Below are positions 39,930 through 52,992 of a DNA stretch of 64,000 nucleotides, piece after piece. How positions within the stretch are numbered: position 1 is the first letter of the stretch; each line of letters begins with the position of its first letter. The stretch spans positions 62,001 to 126,000 of the forward strand of contig JALDTO010000154.1 of assembly GCA_023515725.1 (NCBI GenBank), read 5' to 3'. The translations under genes were made by a program, and so were the position numbers. This DNA comes from Amoeboaphelidium protococcarum X5. Its lineage: Eukaryota; Fungi; Aphelidiomycota. Under the pieces are notes generated by a model. That model was not told where the DNA came from and searched no databases. It saw only the letters and a list, made by a program, of their open reading frames with translations.

Positions 39930-40520
39930 TCATGCATTTCTACCTTTACCTTTACGCGTCACCGTGATCCATCCATCTTCATCCGGTTGGTTCGCCACAG
40001 CCTTTTACGAAGCAGTTTACCGAGAGTCAATAGCCATTTAATCGCTCATATCATCTATTGCAGCAGCATTACCAGACATTACAATATCATTGTGCATAAC
40101 AATATCTGGCGACCCGTTCATATGATCATCAGGTGTTATTTGTATATCGGTATTCACTTTCACCTTACTTTCCGACATTGCTTACACCCTCTTCCAAACT
40201 GGATCTTGATCGCTACCACTATACTCACTATATAGGGCGAGGGATAGCTCTGCATATTAATCAATCGAGCCATCTTGTACTTGAATATCAAAAACATCAG
40301 CGAAAAATGCATCGTAGAAATCCACCAAATCATCAACATCAACACGGTCTCCATACTCGGTCATATATGACACTAATTCTTCACACAGCGACTATCGCTT
40401 CCCCAACGCTCGCTCCAACCCATCACCATCGTTCTATATCGACAACTATAACGCGTCCCATGTCTATATCAGCACCTATATCCTTTATAATAGACTTGAT
40501 TTTTGAATTTAAGCAGTCAT
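39930..40520 (-). CDS. TSR2: Pre-rRNA-processing protein TSR2-like (196 aa)
   Basis: LIQTWDALQLSIQN, FDIQVQDGSIDQYAEL and C-terminal PDEDGWITVTRKGKGR. Confidence 0.75.
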
Positions 40521-40640
40521 TATATCTTAGTACGTACAGTGATGATATATGACTAGGACTCCCGGGTAAAAAAGTGAAAATGTAAGACGAAATCGGAGAG
40601 AATGCGCCAAAAAACAAAATTGAATAATAACAGTCACATA

Positions 40641-41246
40641 TCACTCATTGATAAACTCTTCAAAATCAATGGAAGGATTCGAATTTCCAAATGATGTATC
40701 AACTTGCCCATACTTATTATTACTATTCCAATTCCCCAAATCTCCTATGAAGCGCTCGCTCTCAAGCAATAGCTCTTCGCTTTCATAATCATCGCTCGAT
40801 CCTAATTGTTAATCATATTACTGATCATCAGAAGTGGAGACAAAACTAAGATCATGTACTTATTAAGACGACATGAGAGATGCAGACTAATGCGTGTAAT
40901 CAACATCAAGCAGCGATCGATTATCATCTGCAATATCAATTCTTGCCTCTTGACGATTGTTGGTGGAATCCTTTAACTTATCGTGTTATTACTACTACTA
41001 GTGCAGCTTATCATGTTTGTACTTTCCAATGCTACGCCACCTATCCAGCTCATCTGTCAAATCAGTCTACGCCTCGATCAAAGACTCAAATTCCAAATCA
41101 TGATTCTAATATCGCCGACTGATTCTATCATAAATAAAGCGTGTTTTGTAAGAGTGCACAGCATCTTCAACAACATTGTAACACGCGATCAGAGGATACA
41201 GAAGACAACCAATGAATGTACTTAGAGCAGATTTAAACGCTTCCAT
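40641..41246 (-). CDS. Hypothetical protein (201 aa, acidic C-terminal half)
   Basis: TGA-free frame from MEAFKSALSTFIGCLLYPLIAC to EEFINE-TGA, including an in-frame TAG/TAA polyQ run. Confidence 0.6.
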
Positions 41247-41633
41247 TCCTTAAATAAGATATAATCTTTTAATTCCAACACAGCGATTAATTATTCAAAA
41301 TAGAATTAGATAATCTTGAGGATCAACCAAAATCAATTTAATTTCAATTAGGTCAACAACAGCGCGAATCATCCCTTTGAAGGTAACCGTCCCCTGATTA
41401 CACCCAGCGGCTCTTCTTATAACACGCAGAGTTTTGCACTTAATGATCTTCATCCAACGACACGACGAGACTTTTTACAAATTGTTTTGTTTCAGCCATT
41501 GCCCGTTTCCTTCCAATGTTATACGTTCTTGCATTTAATTCCAACTTATTCACACTGTCATCTCTGTTTACTGCAGTAACTAGTACATTGTACGCATTTC
41601 CACTAGTTTCAAGATTTGAAAACTTATAAAGTA

Positions 41634-43157
41634 ATGTCTGGTGAAGAGTTGAACATTGATGAACTTTTGAATGAGACTACACCCATTTGGTTAAAGTAAA
41701 AGTCTAAGGTTTCTGGTGGAGATAATGATCGTCTTCTAGGCAAATTTGATATTCAAGATTCATCTCTAAATAGAAACGACAATGTAGTAAAGTAGAAAAT
41801 TATTAACGATAGAATAGAGGATGATCATGATGATGATGATTAAGTATATACTGGAGATCGATAAAAGTAGTCATCTCTGCCTTTTAAAGATGTTCTGAGT
41901 CTCGAAGATCTCTCTGTAAAGTAATAATAGTAGAAGTAATCTGGTCCCACTCTTACCTCTAATAAGAAGCAAGATTATGGCCAGAGCAGGGATTTAAATT
42001 AAATCAAATCACTTTAAGATGTTTTGCAGTAATTATAGATATTGTAAAAGAATTAGGAAATAATGCAATAAGCCTTGGATGATCATCAGTAAGAGTATAG
42101 GTCTCATTTTGAGTAGAACTCTAGATAGTAACAGCAATTGTTGAGATCAGAACTTAAAATTTCCGGAGAAGCCTTCAGAGACTAGATTGTCTCCCTGGTT
42201 GGTCAGATGATGTAGAATGCTATTGAAGGTGATATCTAGAGATATATCTCTGACTCTGAATCATAGACATAAGAATATATCACATCATCCATGAAATCTG
42301 CATCTGCTGGTATTATAAGTTAGTTGGTGCCCAAGTTTGATCAAGTTTATAAAAATGTCGGAGTTGTTAATGAAAGTGTTGGTGGATTGTCTAGAAATGT
42401 CAAAGAGTAGTTGGGAGACTTGCAATTGCTTAGAATACAGTTTGAAGATGAGTATAAAGTATAGTAGTAAGATTTCTAAGAGGCCAAATCAAAGTTGAAT
42501 GCAGATAGAATAGAGTTTGAGGCTAATAGATCAAAGATATAAAAAGACTTGGATTCTATGCAGAAGAATGTCAAAATAGAATGTGATAAAGAGAGATAAA
42601 ATTGGATCTATGAGAAGGTGTAGTTGAAGAAAGAGTTGAATGAGATGAGATCTAACCAGGTGGAAGCCAAGTCTTCTCTCAACGATATTTAATCAAAATT
42701 GGAATAGATGTAATTTGAGTAATCATCACTGGAATCCAAGATATAATAGTCCAAGTCGACACTGAAATAGCTCAAAGATAGAGAACATAATGCTGAATAA
42801 GTGTACAAAGACGCTTTGAGAACCAAGAAGGAGGTGAATGAAATGATTAACCAGGCAGAGTAGTTGCGACTGGAGGCCATTGAGATGAAGAGAGTCGCCG
42901 CGTAAGAGAGGCTTTAACTTCAGGAGGAGCGGGCTAGATTTGAGCAAATCAAGTCTTTATTTTTGTAGTAGTAGTAGTAGTAATAACAAGAGAGCTAGAA
43001 GCAGTAATTTATTGGTAAAGAGAATGTTATGGTGCAGGCTGATTATAAGAAGAGCGACATTGATATGTCGTGGTTAAATGGTGATTAGCAAGAATGGCCA
43101 TGGAGAAAGTCAATGTAGTAAAGAAGAGCGGCCAGTGCTATTCCACCTCAAAATTGA
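41634..43157 (+). CDS. Long coiled-coil protein (507 aa), unknown function
   Basis: Open frame +3, strongly E/K/Q-rich heptad pattern, polyQ written as TAG/TAA. Confidence 0.7.
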
Positions 43158-43235
43158 TATCTTCGTTTATGATAATAGGAAATGTAAAGTCAATACTTTC
43201 AATAGTATTTATTTATTAATATTTTTAGTTTATAG

Positions 43236-45653
43236 TCAATTAATCTCCTCTAGTAGAAAATCTTGGTATTTAGCTGATAATAACTCAGAGATGGACTTAC
43301 AATCGACCGTCAATACTTTGAATCCATTGATATCCTGTCGAACAATGTTATTATTCTGAGTACTGATAGTTTTCACAGAAACGGATGGTAATGACTCGTG
43401 ATCATCAACATCTTACACGACTCCTTCATTGTCTTCAGCATGATGTTGATTATGATGATGAGCAGGATAATCTTCACCAAGAGTCTCTTATACCTTTCTC
43501 TTCTTGCTCAAGTGTAAAATCTCCTCTTCTTTACTTGGTGGCTAATGAACATCATCCTATTTCAAGGCCACAAATACAATGTTCTATTTCAAATTCTGAT
43601 CCAACATACTTTGATGGTCAATGCTCTAATAGAAAGCATTCAACTTGTTTAATAGAACAATAATCTTGAACTGGACGCCCAATTCGGCAATTAAAGTCAA
43701 AAGATCCACAGAATACTTGAGAAACGCCTCAGGTAATACTATGGTGACTCTGGAATTCGATGTGCCATCATGCTATTTGCCACGTAAGACAGAGGAGACT
43801 GAACTCAACAAATAAGCGCGTTTGGCAAGTTCAACGTGTCTAGAAGGTCGTTTAAGCTGTGGATATGGTGAATTTCTGCCAAGATTGCCATCAAAGCCAT
43901 TAAATAGCATTAAACTTCCATCCACGCAATCAGTGCAACTTAGAAAATGCTGCAATAATAATAGTCCAGCTGGAACAGCTACTTGATTACTGTCATTTGC
44001 AGAGTTTTGCAAAGGATACGAGTCAATGATTAGGAGATGCTTATCAACCGAATTATCTTAAATTCGCGACGCAACTATCTGAGTGGCATCAAGACCGTAC
44101 TGCACAAAGTCTCTATTATCAATCTGCTAACAATCAATCTTGAATGCCATAGAATCCTTGCATAAAGCTTGATTCAAAGAATGCATCATCCAACCATTGA
44201 ACAACTCCTTGTGACTAACTGCAAGCTAAGAGTCCTTATGTGGTGTCTAATTAACGGAACCACCCAAAGCTGGCCAGTATTAAGAAAAGAACGGCACAAG
44301 AACATTACATAGCTCTACGCACTCTCTAGAAGGCAGTCTACTTTAAATGATACTCTGCTTATTCCCAGACTTGGACTCAGAAGCAACATTATGATGTCCA
44401 TTGCTCTCACCAGCCACCTCCGCCTATGCTTCTGCCTCCTCTTCATTCAATTCTTCTAGTTCACGCAATAAAGCCATACGCTCCTCATCCATATCATCAT
44501 CATTATCATTATTATCAGCAGCAGCAGCAATATCATTTTCTGCGCCGCCGTCAACATCATCGCCTTCACTCTGGTCACTATCACTAAATTGATTACCGTT
44601 TAGATCATAATCTTATGCACTCTTCGCCGGATCATCAGGCAATTAAGGTGGACTTTAACCGAGTAATACTTTAGTGCATGCAACAACAGCGCGTGATATA
44701 TCCAGCAAGTGGTATCCACCTTCCAGACAAATGACAACTTTACTGCATACGGATTAAAGGAGATGTGTCATTTGCGCATAAGCTTCAAAAGTAAGTTTGT
44801 TCCCACCGAGAGGATCATTATACGCAGCATCAAATCCAGCAGATATTATCACAATCTCAGGTTTGAATTACGTGGCAATCGGAAGTATAATCTTATGGAA
44901 TACATGCAGATAATCAAAGTTGCCAAATCCAGCACAAGGCCATGGAATATTGATATTATACCCTCTAGCATTAAGACCACCGACATATGTGTAATTCGCA
45001 GTCTCACTACTCGGATAGAATGTACCATCCTCATATCTATGAATGGACACGAACAACACCTCCGGATCGTCATAGAAAGCTTCCTAGGTGCCATTACCAT
45101 GATGTACATCCCAGTCTACAATCAGAATTCTGCGAGCTCCGTGTTCATTTATCAACTTTCTGGCAGCTATGGCCACGCTATTAAAAATACAGAATCCCAT
45201 TGCCTAATCTGGTTCAGCGTGGTGTGATGGTGGGCGTATCATTGCGAGTCCATTGTCAAACGCGCCCTGCCACACAGATAGAACGCAATCTATCACGCCA
45301 CCCACGGCAAGCATTGCGCATCCAAAGGTGCTTTCATTAATGTAAACAGAGTTATACCACGTGTTACTGGCCACCATTAGCTCATCCAGTGTCATACTCT
45401 CAGTCTTTAGCATACGATTATACAAATACTCTTTATGTGTGTTCAATACATCATCTTTAGAACACGGATTGGGAGTAATAACATGCAGTCTCTCCAACAA
45501 GTTTGCAGATTTGAAGGCCTGATAAATAGAGCGAAGTCTGTATGGAGATTCAGGATGGTCCATATCATTCTAATCAATGGGCATGTGGTTCAGATATCGG
45601 TTATCATAAACAATAGCTGTCCTCTTTTACAGATTTCCGCCATAACTGCTCAT
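43236..45653 (-). CDS. HDA1: Class II histone deacetylase, Hda1/Clr3 type (805 aa)
   Basis: [55 protein letters not shown], followed by a C-terminal extension consistent with Arb2. Confidence 0.92.
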
Positions 45654-45778
45654 CTTTTAAAGACGCGTTAATTTAAGATTTCGAGTTTTGTTTCAAAACG
45701 GAAAGAAGAAAAGAGAGAGAGAGAGAACGCGTTTGAAATCTTATATAGAAATTACTTTTAGATTTTGTTTAGAATTTG

Positions 45779-46218
45779 ATGATGGACACTTAATAAAGTT
45801 CTGCTGAAATTAGTGAGCTAGAAAAAATAATATGCGATTAAATAAAATCCAACATTATTAGTAAATCCGAATACCATTAGTTACAAGGACACTGACGGAG
45901 ATTTGATGTAGACCCAATGACCGATGAACTTTCTCTCATGGAGTCCTTTAACACCGCGGTAAATGACATATATGCAGACTTGAACAACAGAGTACAGTCA
46001 ACTTTATAACAGGCATCATAAATCTCAAATCTATGTAATTATCTTTAACTTTATTGTCAATGATTATTATGCTGCAATAAGTAAATGATGTAGATGGGTC
46101 TTTTGATAATCTTCCTCAGCAAGTTGATGAAATTGTGGCGCGGGTAAAGTACTTGGAAGATTTGACATTGGAACTTGAAGCGTTTCTGGCATAATTGGAG
46201 CAAGATAGAATGTAATGA
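45779..46218 (+). CDS. BLOC1S2: BLOC-1 subunit 2-like; join(45779..45860,45912..46034,46094..46218)
   Basis: Two GT...TGTAG introns (51 and 59 nt) give TDELSLMESFNTAVNDIYADL...LYGSFDNLPQQVDEIVARVKYLEDLTLELEAFLAQLE, which matches the BLOS2 pattern. Confidence 0.7.
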
Positions 46219-46284
46219 CTGACTGCTTGTTTGTTATATACAATTTCAATTATCAAATTCATTAACTGTATTTTATCGCGTATT

Positions 46285-47180
46285 TCATTACTATCTCGTC
46301 ATCAGTCTTAAATATGCAATAGCATCATCAGTCTTGTTGAGGAATTGATCAAATAAGTGTCGCGAGTGTTTCATCGTTTCGTCTCTGATTTCCTGCGGCA
46401 GAAACACAACGGCCAGTGACAGCAAAATCGGCAGAGAGAACACGATCAGTGCTGCAAATGTTACTCCACTTTTTTCGTTCTTGGCCACCAGGATTCTTTC
46501 CTACACATCAAAGATTGATGAAGTATATAATTCGTGTATGAGACAGATTGTAAAAGGCAATAACTTACTGGTGGAACGTCAGAAATTGAAGCAATCGAGC
46601 CAACATCGTTCATACCAGATCGCGGCCTAATGTTCAATTGACAGTCCAAGAGTCGTTGTTCAATTCGAGATCTTGGAACAGTTTTCCACTACATAATGAT
46701 TTCTTATCATTATTACATCGAGAATGATGATAAGAAGTCACGATAACAAAATATTACAAATTCGGCAGATTATCCATCCTCAAGAGCAGTCAATCTAACT
46801 AATTAGAGAAGAAATTTGTCGCTTTCATCGATTTCACCATCACATTTAACTACATGGTTTTGAGTCAAATAGGATAAAAACTTTTCAGTTCCAACTTCTA
46901 CCAGGATGACTTACCGTATACATCAATTCTACTTAGCGGTTGAATAATTCCATAGACTGGCCTGACAGAGTACTTGGACGGGGCATTGGTTTTCAATTTA
47001 AATGCCACGGTTAATTGCTCAAGACCAGCGTGAAACAGCTGAATTTTGCTCACATATCCAGACGCTTGCCTAGAGCCTACATTACCATATTGTAATGAGA
47101 ACCATATACCGCCGCAATACAATTTAATACATACCAGAGAATATAAAAGACTATGAAGAAGTCTCCACCAAAGAAGTCAT
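46285..47180 (-). CDS. VAP/Scs2-like MSP-domain membrane protein, four introns
   Basis: VAFKLKTNAPSKYSVRP, DKFLLQ, WKTVPRSRIEQRLLDC and a C-terminal hydrophobic helix. Introns at 47077-47134 and 46850-46914 plus two more, all GT...TGTAG. Confidence 0.8.
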
Positions 47181-47360
47181 AATTTAAAAGCTTGTCAATT
47201 GCTTGCTAGAGAGCAAGATGGAGTTGAAATAGAGAGATACTCCTGACGGCTGAGTAACACGGAAAAGTAAAGAAAGGACGAACGACGCGTTCAATATGAA
47301 AGATCCGTTTCAAATTTCACATTCACTCAGTTGATAGACGGACAATTAATATCATGTTCC

Positions 47361-48738
47361 TCACTCTTAACGCTATTTTAACAGTTTGAGAACCTGCTCT
47401 TGATTAGAAGCCAGAGTGGACTCAAACTTGTCCAAAAGAGATTTGCAAGAGTCAATGTCGGTAGTTAGCTTGGACTACTCAGACGAGATCAAGTCGACAG
47501 ATTCAGTTAGCGATTAGGCTTTCATAATCAGAGGTTTCATTGAAGATATTTTAGTCAGCAGTTGAGGTAGGAGATGCAAGTGTGTACGCGATTACTCGAG
47601 CAAATTATACAAATCACCAATGGCTTTCCTTTATAAAATGTCACTTGATGACACGAGTTAAACTGTTGATCTGCTACTAATACTATCCAACTCTGCAATC
47701 AAATTATGGCACTTCAAACTCAATCCATCAAGTCTCCCAGGCTAAAGAAGCAATTTCACATCTTTTTCAAGTTTACTTATTGTGTCTATAATGTTCACTG
47801 GTACACTTTCATCATCAAGTGAATCCAGACCAACAAGTTTCTCAAATTAGGATAGTTTACCCAATAACTCGCCAAATTATTTATCATTCATAGAGGTTGA
47901 AATGCTCTTTATCTACTCAATCTACTAACTAACCATCTTTGCCACCTGATCATTAGACCGTTGAAAATTTAGAGATTGCAATTATTGTTCAATACCATCA
48001 GATTTAGCAGCGGAACTTTCAGATTAAACACCAGCAAAACCGCGTTAAGATTATAAATCCGATTCAATTTGCTCCAAGTGCTTGAGCATAGACTTGCAAC
48101 TCAGCGGGTCTTAATTCTCATTCTACTGACCAGTCTAGGATGCAGCAGTAGCACCGCCCTGAGACAGCTCACGCTTCAACTCTTCAACTTCAAAGGTGAG
48201 CCGTCTGAATTTGTCAAGAGGAGACTCGCGCAACTCTGACCTGAACGAGAAATCCTCAGCAGACGCGTCTCCTCCACCTCCATACTTGGATAGCAGTTTC
48301 GTGCTTCCATGAAGAGCAGCCTGGTACATTGCTTGTCTTCGCTAAGCTAACCTATTGGTGAAATCGACGCCAATTGTGTCAAGAACGGCATCCTTAAACT
48401 TGGATTGTGCCTGTTTAGAGGACAGATGTTCACGAACAATGTCCTCCTCCATATCTACAGCCACCTACTTCTCCAATCTCAACTACCTTTTAACATCTTC
48501 CAGCATCTACACTTTTTAAAGTATTAGTTATGCTACATAAATTGATTAAAACGTCTTACATTAGATGCAAAGTCTTCTTCTATCCTGACTCTCTAACGCG
48601 ACCCTTCAGTCAACACCACATCTTACGACTCAAACACGTCTTGACCATCAGTGTCCTACAATTCGATTAAATATATGAAAATAATCTTCTAGTAAAAAAC
48701 GTGCTTACAATGTCTGGTAAGTTGGAAAACTTTTGCAT
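47361..48738 (-). CDS. DCTN2: Dynactin subunit 2 (dynamitin/p50), two introns (48656-48708, 48507-48559)
   Basis: MQKFSNLPDI|DTDGQDVFES and ESPLDKFRRLTFEVEELKREL, followed by coiled coils. Confidence 0.85.
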
Positions 48739-48962
48739 TGCGTACACTGTTGATGTCTCTCTGTCAAAATGAACTAATGCTTACAGTTTGACTTAGCTGT
48801 TCTAACGAGAACTTAATAAGAGAAATTCGATTAAGCAATTGGATGCAACACGTATACACGCATGTAAAAACGCTCTAAATGCAAAGTTAATTCAAAAGTA
48901 AAACAAAATTAAATCATGTCAGATATAGTAAACTTTATTTTCAAGATGGATGACAATACCGA

Positions 48963-49559
48963 TCATCTGTTACTCTTGGCAACACGCTCCAGCTCGTCCT
49001 TCTTCTTGATAGCATAAGAGTTGGAAGATCCCTTGGCAGCGTTGATCAGTTCATCAGCCAGACATTCTGCAATGGTCTTTACATTTCTGAAGGCAGCCTC
49101 GCGGGTACCAGTGGTCAGCAGAGCAATAGCCTGGTTGACACGACGCAGCGGAGACACGTCCACAGCCTGACGACGCACAACACCGGCAGATCCGATACGT
49201 GTAGAATCTTCTCTTGCTCCAGTGTTGATGATGGCATCCACCAGTATTTAAATTGGATTCTAATCAGTCAGCAGGTGAACAATCTCGAAAGCGTGCTTCA
49301 CAATACGCAGAGCCAAAAGCTTCTTACCGTTATTACGGCCGTGCATCATCAGCGAGTTGGTGAGACGCTCAACAATAGGACACTGTGCCTTACGGAAACG
49401 CTTAACCTGGTAGCGGCCTGCGGTATGTGGCAAATAGACAGGGTGGGTGACCTGAATGTAATCGACTAATGCTAAATCTTTCACTTCCACATCATCAAAA
49501 GACCACTTGTTAAACAACTTTACTCCGTTCTCGTTAGTATATCCTTCCAATGCAGCCAT
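48963..49559 (-). CDS. RPS5: 40S ribosomal protein S5 (uS7), 198 aa
   Basis: Two track ORFs are one gene. In-frame TAG and TAA give TDQNPIQILVDA; the protein ends [13 protein letters not shown]. Confidence 0.98.
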
Positions 49560-49835
49560 CTTGACGCGTATTTAATTAAATCTTAGTGCACCTTAAGAAA
49601 ATGCTACGTGTGTGACCTAATTGATTTTCGCTGGAAGAAAAATCGAAATTTTGAAATTTGAAATCTGATTAACCGACCGAAGGCGCGCGCATTGATTGTG
49701 GAAAAAGTTTCCTCATCGCACACAACTGGCATACGGCCACTAGTGATAGGATGAGCAGCTACAGATTAATCTCATAAGAATAGTCGGTAGATATAAGCTA
49801 AATATTTTGTAAATTTAATATAGCTGTGTTTATAT

Positions 49836-51455
49836 TCAACCGTATCTAAATTCATACTGAAAGCCACCAAAAGGATTACCGCCACCACCGCCGCCTTATT
49901 ACTACTAGAAAAAGAATGGCATTCCATGACCGCCGCCAAATGGATTCTAGTGATGTTAGTGATGTTGATGACCACCGGTAGGATCATTAGGATCGTCACC
50001 GTTGTCATATCTTGTCTTCAATTCTTCATTACTCAAAACCTCGTACGCCTGATTCACTTCAGCCATCTTCTTTTCAGCTGATGACTTATCATCCCCCTTG
50101 TGCTTGTCTGGATGGAATTCTTTAGCCTTGGCCCGGTAAGCCTTCTTGATCTATTGCGCGGTGGCATCACGAGGAACGCCCAGTATCTTGTAATAATCTT
50201 TTCTAGATGCATTCATTTTCAATCGCTAGCTCTTGTTCAAACCATCATGAATTCTCTGAGCTAGTGGAGATTATTGCTAGCCAATCAATTCTTAAGCCTT
50301 ACTGAAATCTCGGATAGCGCCATCGTAGTCTTCATCCGACATTTGCGCTTCTGCACGATTGACCAGCGCATCTGCATTATTTGGATCAAGATCCAACACT
50401 TTGGAGCACCATGTCACTGCATCGGTGCTCTTTTTCAACTTTCCATAAATATCACAAACCAAAGAGTATACAGACAAGCGGAACTGGCCGCCAATGTTCA
50501 ATTCTTCCAGTGCCGCGATAACACCTTTGGATCCTTTTTAATCGACATCCAGGTAATCTTGGCTGAGAGCATCACGCAATTTACCAATCTTGGCCTGCTA
50601 TTCAGACTTTTCAACCAACTTTTTCACCTTTTTGATCTTCCTGAATGCCTTGCTACACTATTTATGCTCAGGATCCAGGTGCAGACACATTTTAAGAGAA
50701 TTCAACGACTATTCCAAATCTCCCATCCTCAAATGAAGACTATGCAATTTGATCATGGCTGGAATATTATCAGCCTTTATACCGATTGCTCGGCTGTAAT
50801 CAGCAATAGCCAGTGGGAAATCATTCTTCTTCTCGTAAGCCTCAGCTCGCAGTAATCTAAACTCTAAACTATTTGGACATGTCTAGAATATGTCGCCAAG
50901 TACTTCAATCATCTAATCAGTATTAGAGTCACCACCATTCTTCTACAGGGATCTCAGTTAGGAAATCCTTTATTCAACACCTTGAATCTCCTGCAATAGT
51001 TCGGCTTTTTCGCCAACAGACCCACCCAAGTGCTCAGCATCAGCTAGAGCATGATCAACATCGCAGGTTCTTAATCTCAACTTGGCTCTCTACAGCAACG
51101 CCTAATCAAAGTCTGGATTAATTCGGAGCACCTCATCCAAGTCTCGCTCAGCCGCTTAGACTCGCTTCAAACTCAACAGAATGGCAGCTCGCTTGTACCG
51201 AGTGAGGTAACTGTTAGGCTCAAGATCGACAGCCTAGTCATACAGCTTAAGTGCCTGAGTGGCATCTCCAGAGCTAAGCAGATTCTTGGCCTCATCCATC
51301 AATTGCTCTGCAGACTTGCCGTTGCTATCGAATACCATTTAATCGGCAAAGGCGGCATGACTTAATGAGACTATCAGCGCTATTGATAGAATAACATGCT
51401 TAATAAACGGACGCTTATATCCAAAATATGATATTTACCAATTAGTTTCAACCAT
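49836..51455 (-). CDS. DNAJC3: ER TPR plus J-domain co-chaperone DNAJC3/P58IPK-like (539 aa)
   Basis: N-terminal hydrophobic signal, TPR repeats, J domain KDYYKILGV...FHPDK...VNQAYEVLSN..LKTRYDNGDDP, and a G/F-rich tail. Confidence 0.9.
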
Positions 51456-51817
51456 CTGAAATATTTAATAAAATTAAAATGTAAGCACTGCGACAATTGT
51501 CAGTTGAAATGACCAGCACAAAAAGAAATGCGCAGAAATAAGAGGGAAATCCGTCGCCGGCGGCCTGATCCGATCAATTCGTTCACATTTACCGAGCTGA
51601 AACGCGATTGGCGAACATTATTGTTGGTTCATCATCTAACACTGTGCAGATGAATGACAGTCACGCAAACATCACCTCGTGATTACTGGCAAATGCTCTA
51701 AATTCTTTGTTCACTCTAAATGCATTTCAAATTTTTTAATAATTTATTTAAAGTTTCGTCATATTATTGTAATTGAATAACACGTATTCTCACTCACAGA
51801 ATAATACGTACATTGTT

Positions 51818-52777
51818 TCAGCCTTGTTGAGAACAAGTCGCGTCGAGCAGGGATTTCCAGTACAGCTAGTGATCATATTTAAAATCGAAATCACCTCGGA
51901 ATTCAACTTCAAGCGTGTCTTTATCCACATAGTTTAATATGTTGGCCCAGATTGATGTACTCTCTTAATCGGGGGAAATCTTTTCCATCTGAGAGATTTG
52001 AACAAATCGAATCTTACTCTTGGTAACTGGATGAATGAACGGACTGATCAACTTGTAAAACATCGAGAAATACCATGGAGCCTCACAAGCAAACATAACG
52101 CCCAAACGCTCGGGATAGTGAGTGGCAAATAGGTGCAAGAAATGTTTCGCCACATGCATCGGTACAGAATTAGAAGCAGAGTACTTGCTAAAGTCAAAAA
52201 TAAGTACCAACTTCTCTGCTCCCTGTCCAGCCTGATCCATCAGTTAAATTGCCTTCTCAGTCTGAAATAGCAAATGTCTAATGTTCATCGCGTGATCATT
52301 ACTACTCTCCAAATGATTTCTGAGATAGAGAATGCATCGACCCTCCTTGTCAAAACCATTAAGATACACTTTACCGCAAGATGCATTTTCATACACCTAC
52401 TCCGGTCTAATAAAGTGTGGGCGATAATGTTTTCTCCACTGTAAAGTTAAAACAAGACAGCGGTAGGCATCTTCGACTTGCCAGTTGTTAGCGCGCAGGT
52501 ATCTCAACAGACATGCATCATTGCAGAAATCTCTAAAATACGACTACCAGTATTCATCATCAACATCCGCAGTGTCCTCAATGTAAACATCAAACTCTTT
52601 GTTACGGACACAGTCGTCCTTTGGCTCATTGAAAGCAGCCTTCCATGGCTCCATCGCTCTGAATTACTCCAACTTACTCAACTCTTCATCGTCCAATACT
52701 TTAGATTCGACAAAGACTGGTACTTAATTCTGCTTACATTATAGAATTGGAATAGAAGTCGTACTTTCAACCGTCAT
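51818..52777 (-). CDS. CRAL-TRIO/Sec14-family lipid transfer protein (Pdr16/Sfh3-like, 319 aa)
   Basis: CLLRYLRANNW, GKVYLNGFDKEGRCILYL, HYPERLG and FYKLISPFIHPVTKSKI. Confidence 0.9.
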
Positions 52778-52992
52778 ATTCAATGCCGCAATGACTGTAA
52801 GTTTGCGCTATGTATTGTTATGAAGATTGTTGAATTGATTGTAAAAGAGACAGAACAATGAGAGAAAGCTGAAACGGCAACTGGGACGTTAGCGAGGCAT
52901 TATAAAAAAGGATCACGCGATAATTTTGATAAATAAAGCTTTACTGAAGATATCAAACATTACAAAATCAACATCAAATTATAGCAGCACAT

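Noticed and set aside
39930-39990. RRP7 assignment from PDEDGWITVTRK
   Set aside because: The motif is at the extreme C-terminus and the upstream sequence fits TSR2; there is no RRM or RRP7 C-terminal domain.
42965-42990. (TAG)n/(TAA)n microsatellites here and near 5745 and 40985
   Set aside because: They are in-frame polyglutamine codons, not independent repeats or stop clusters.
45870-45911. PB1-like motif ISYKDTDGDLM
   Set aside because: It lies inside intron 1 of the BLOC1S2-like gene and in a different frame, so it is coincidental.
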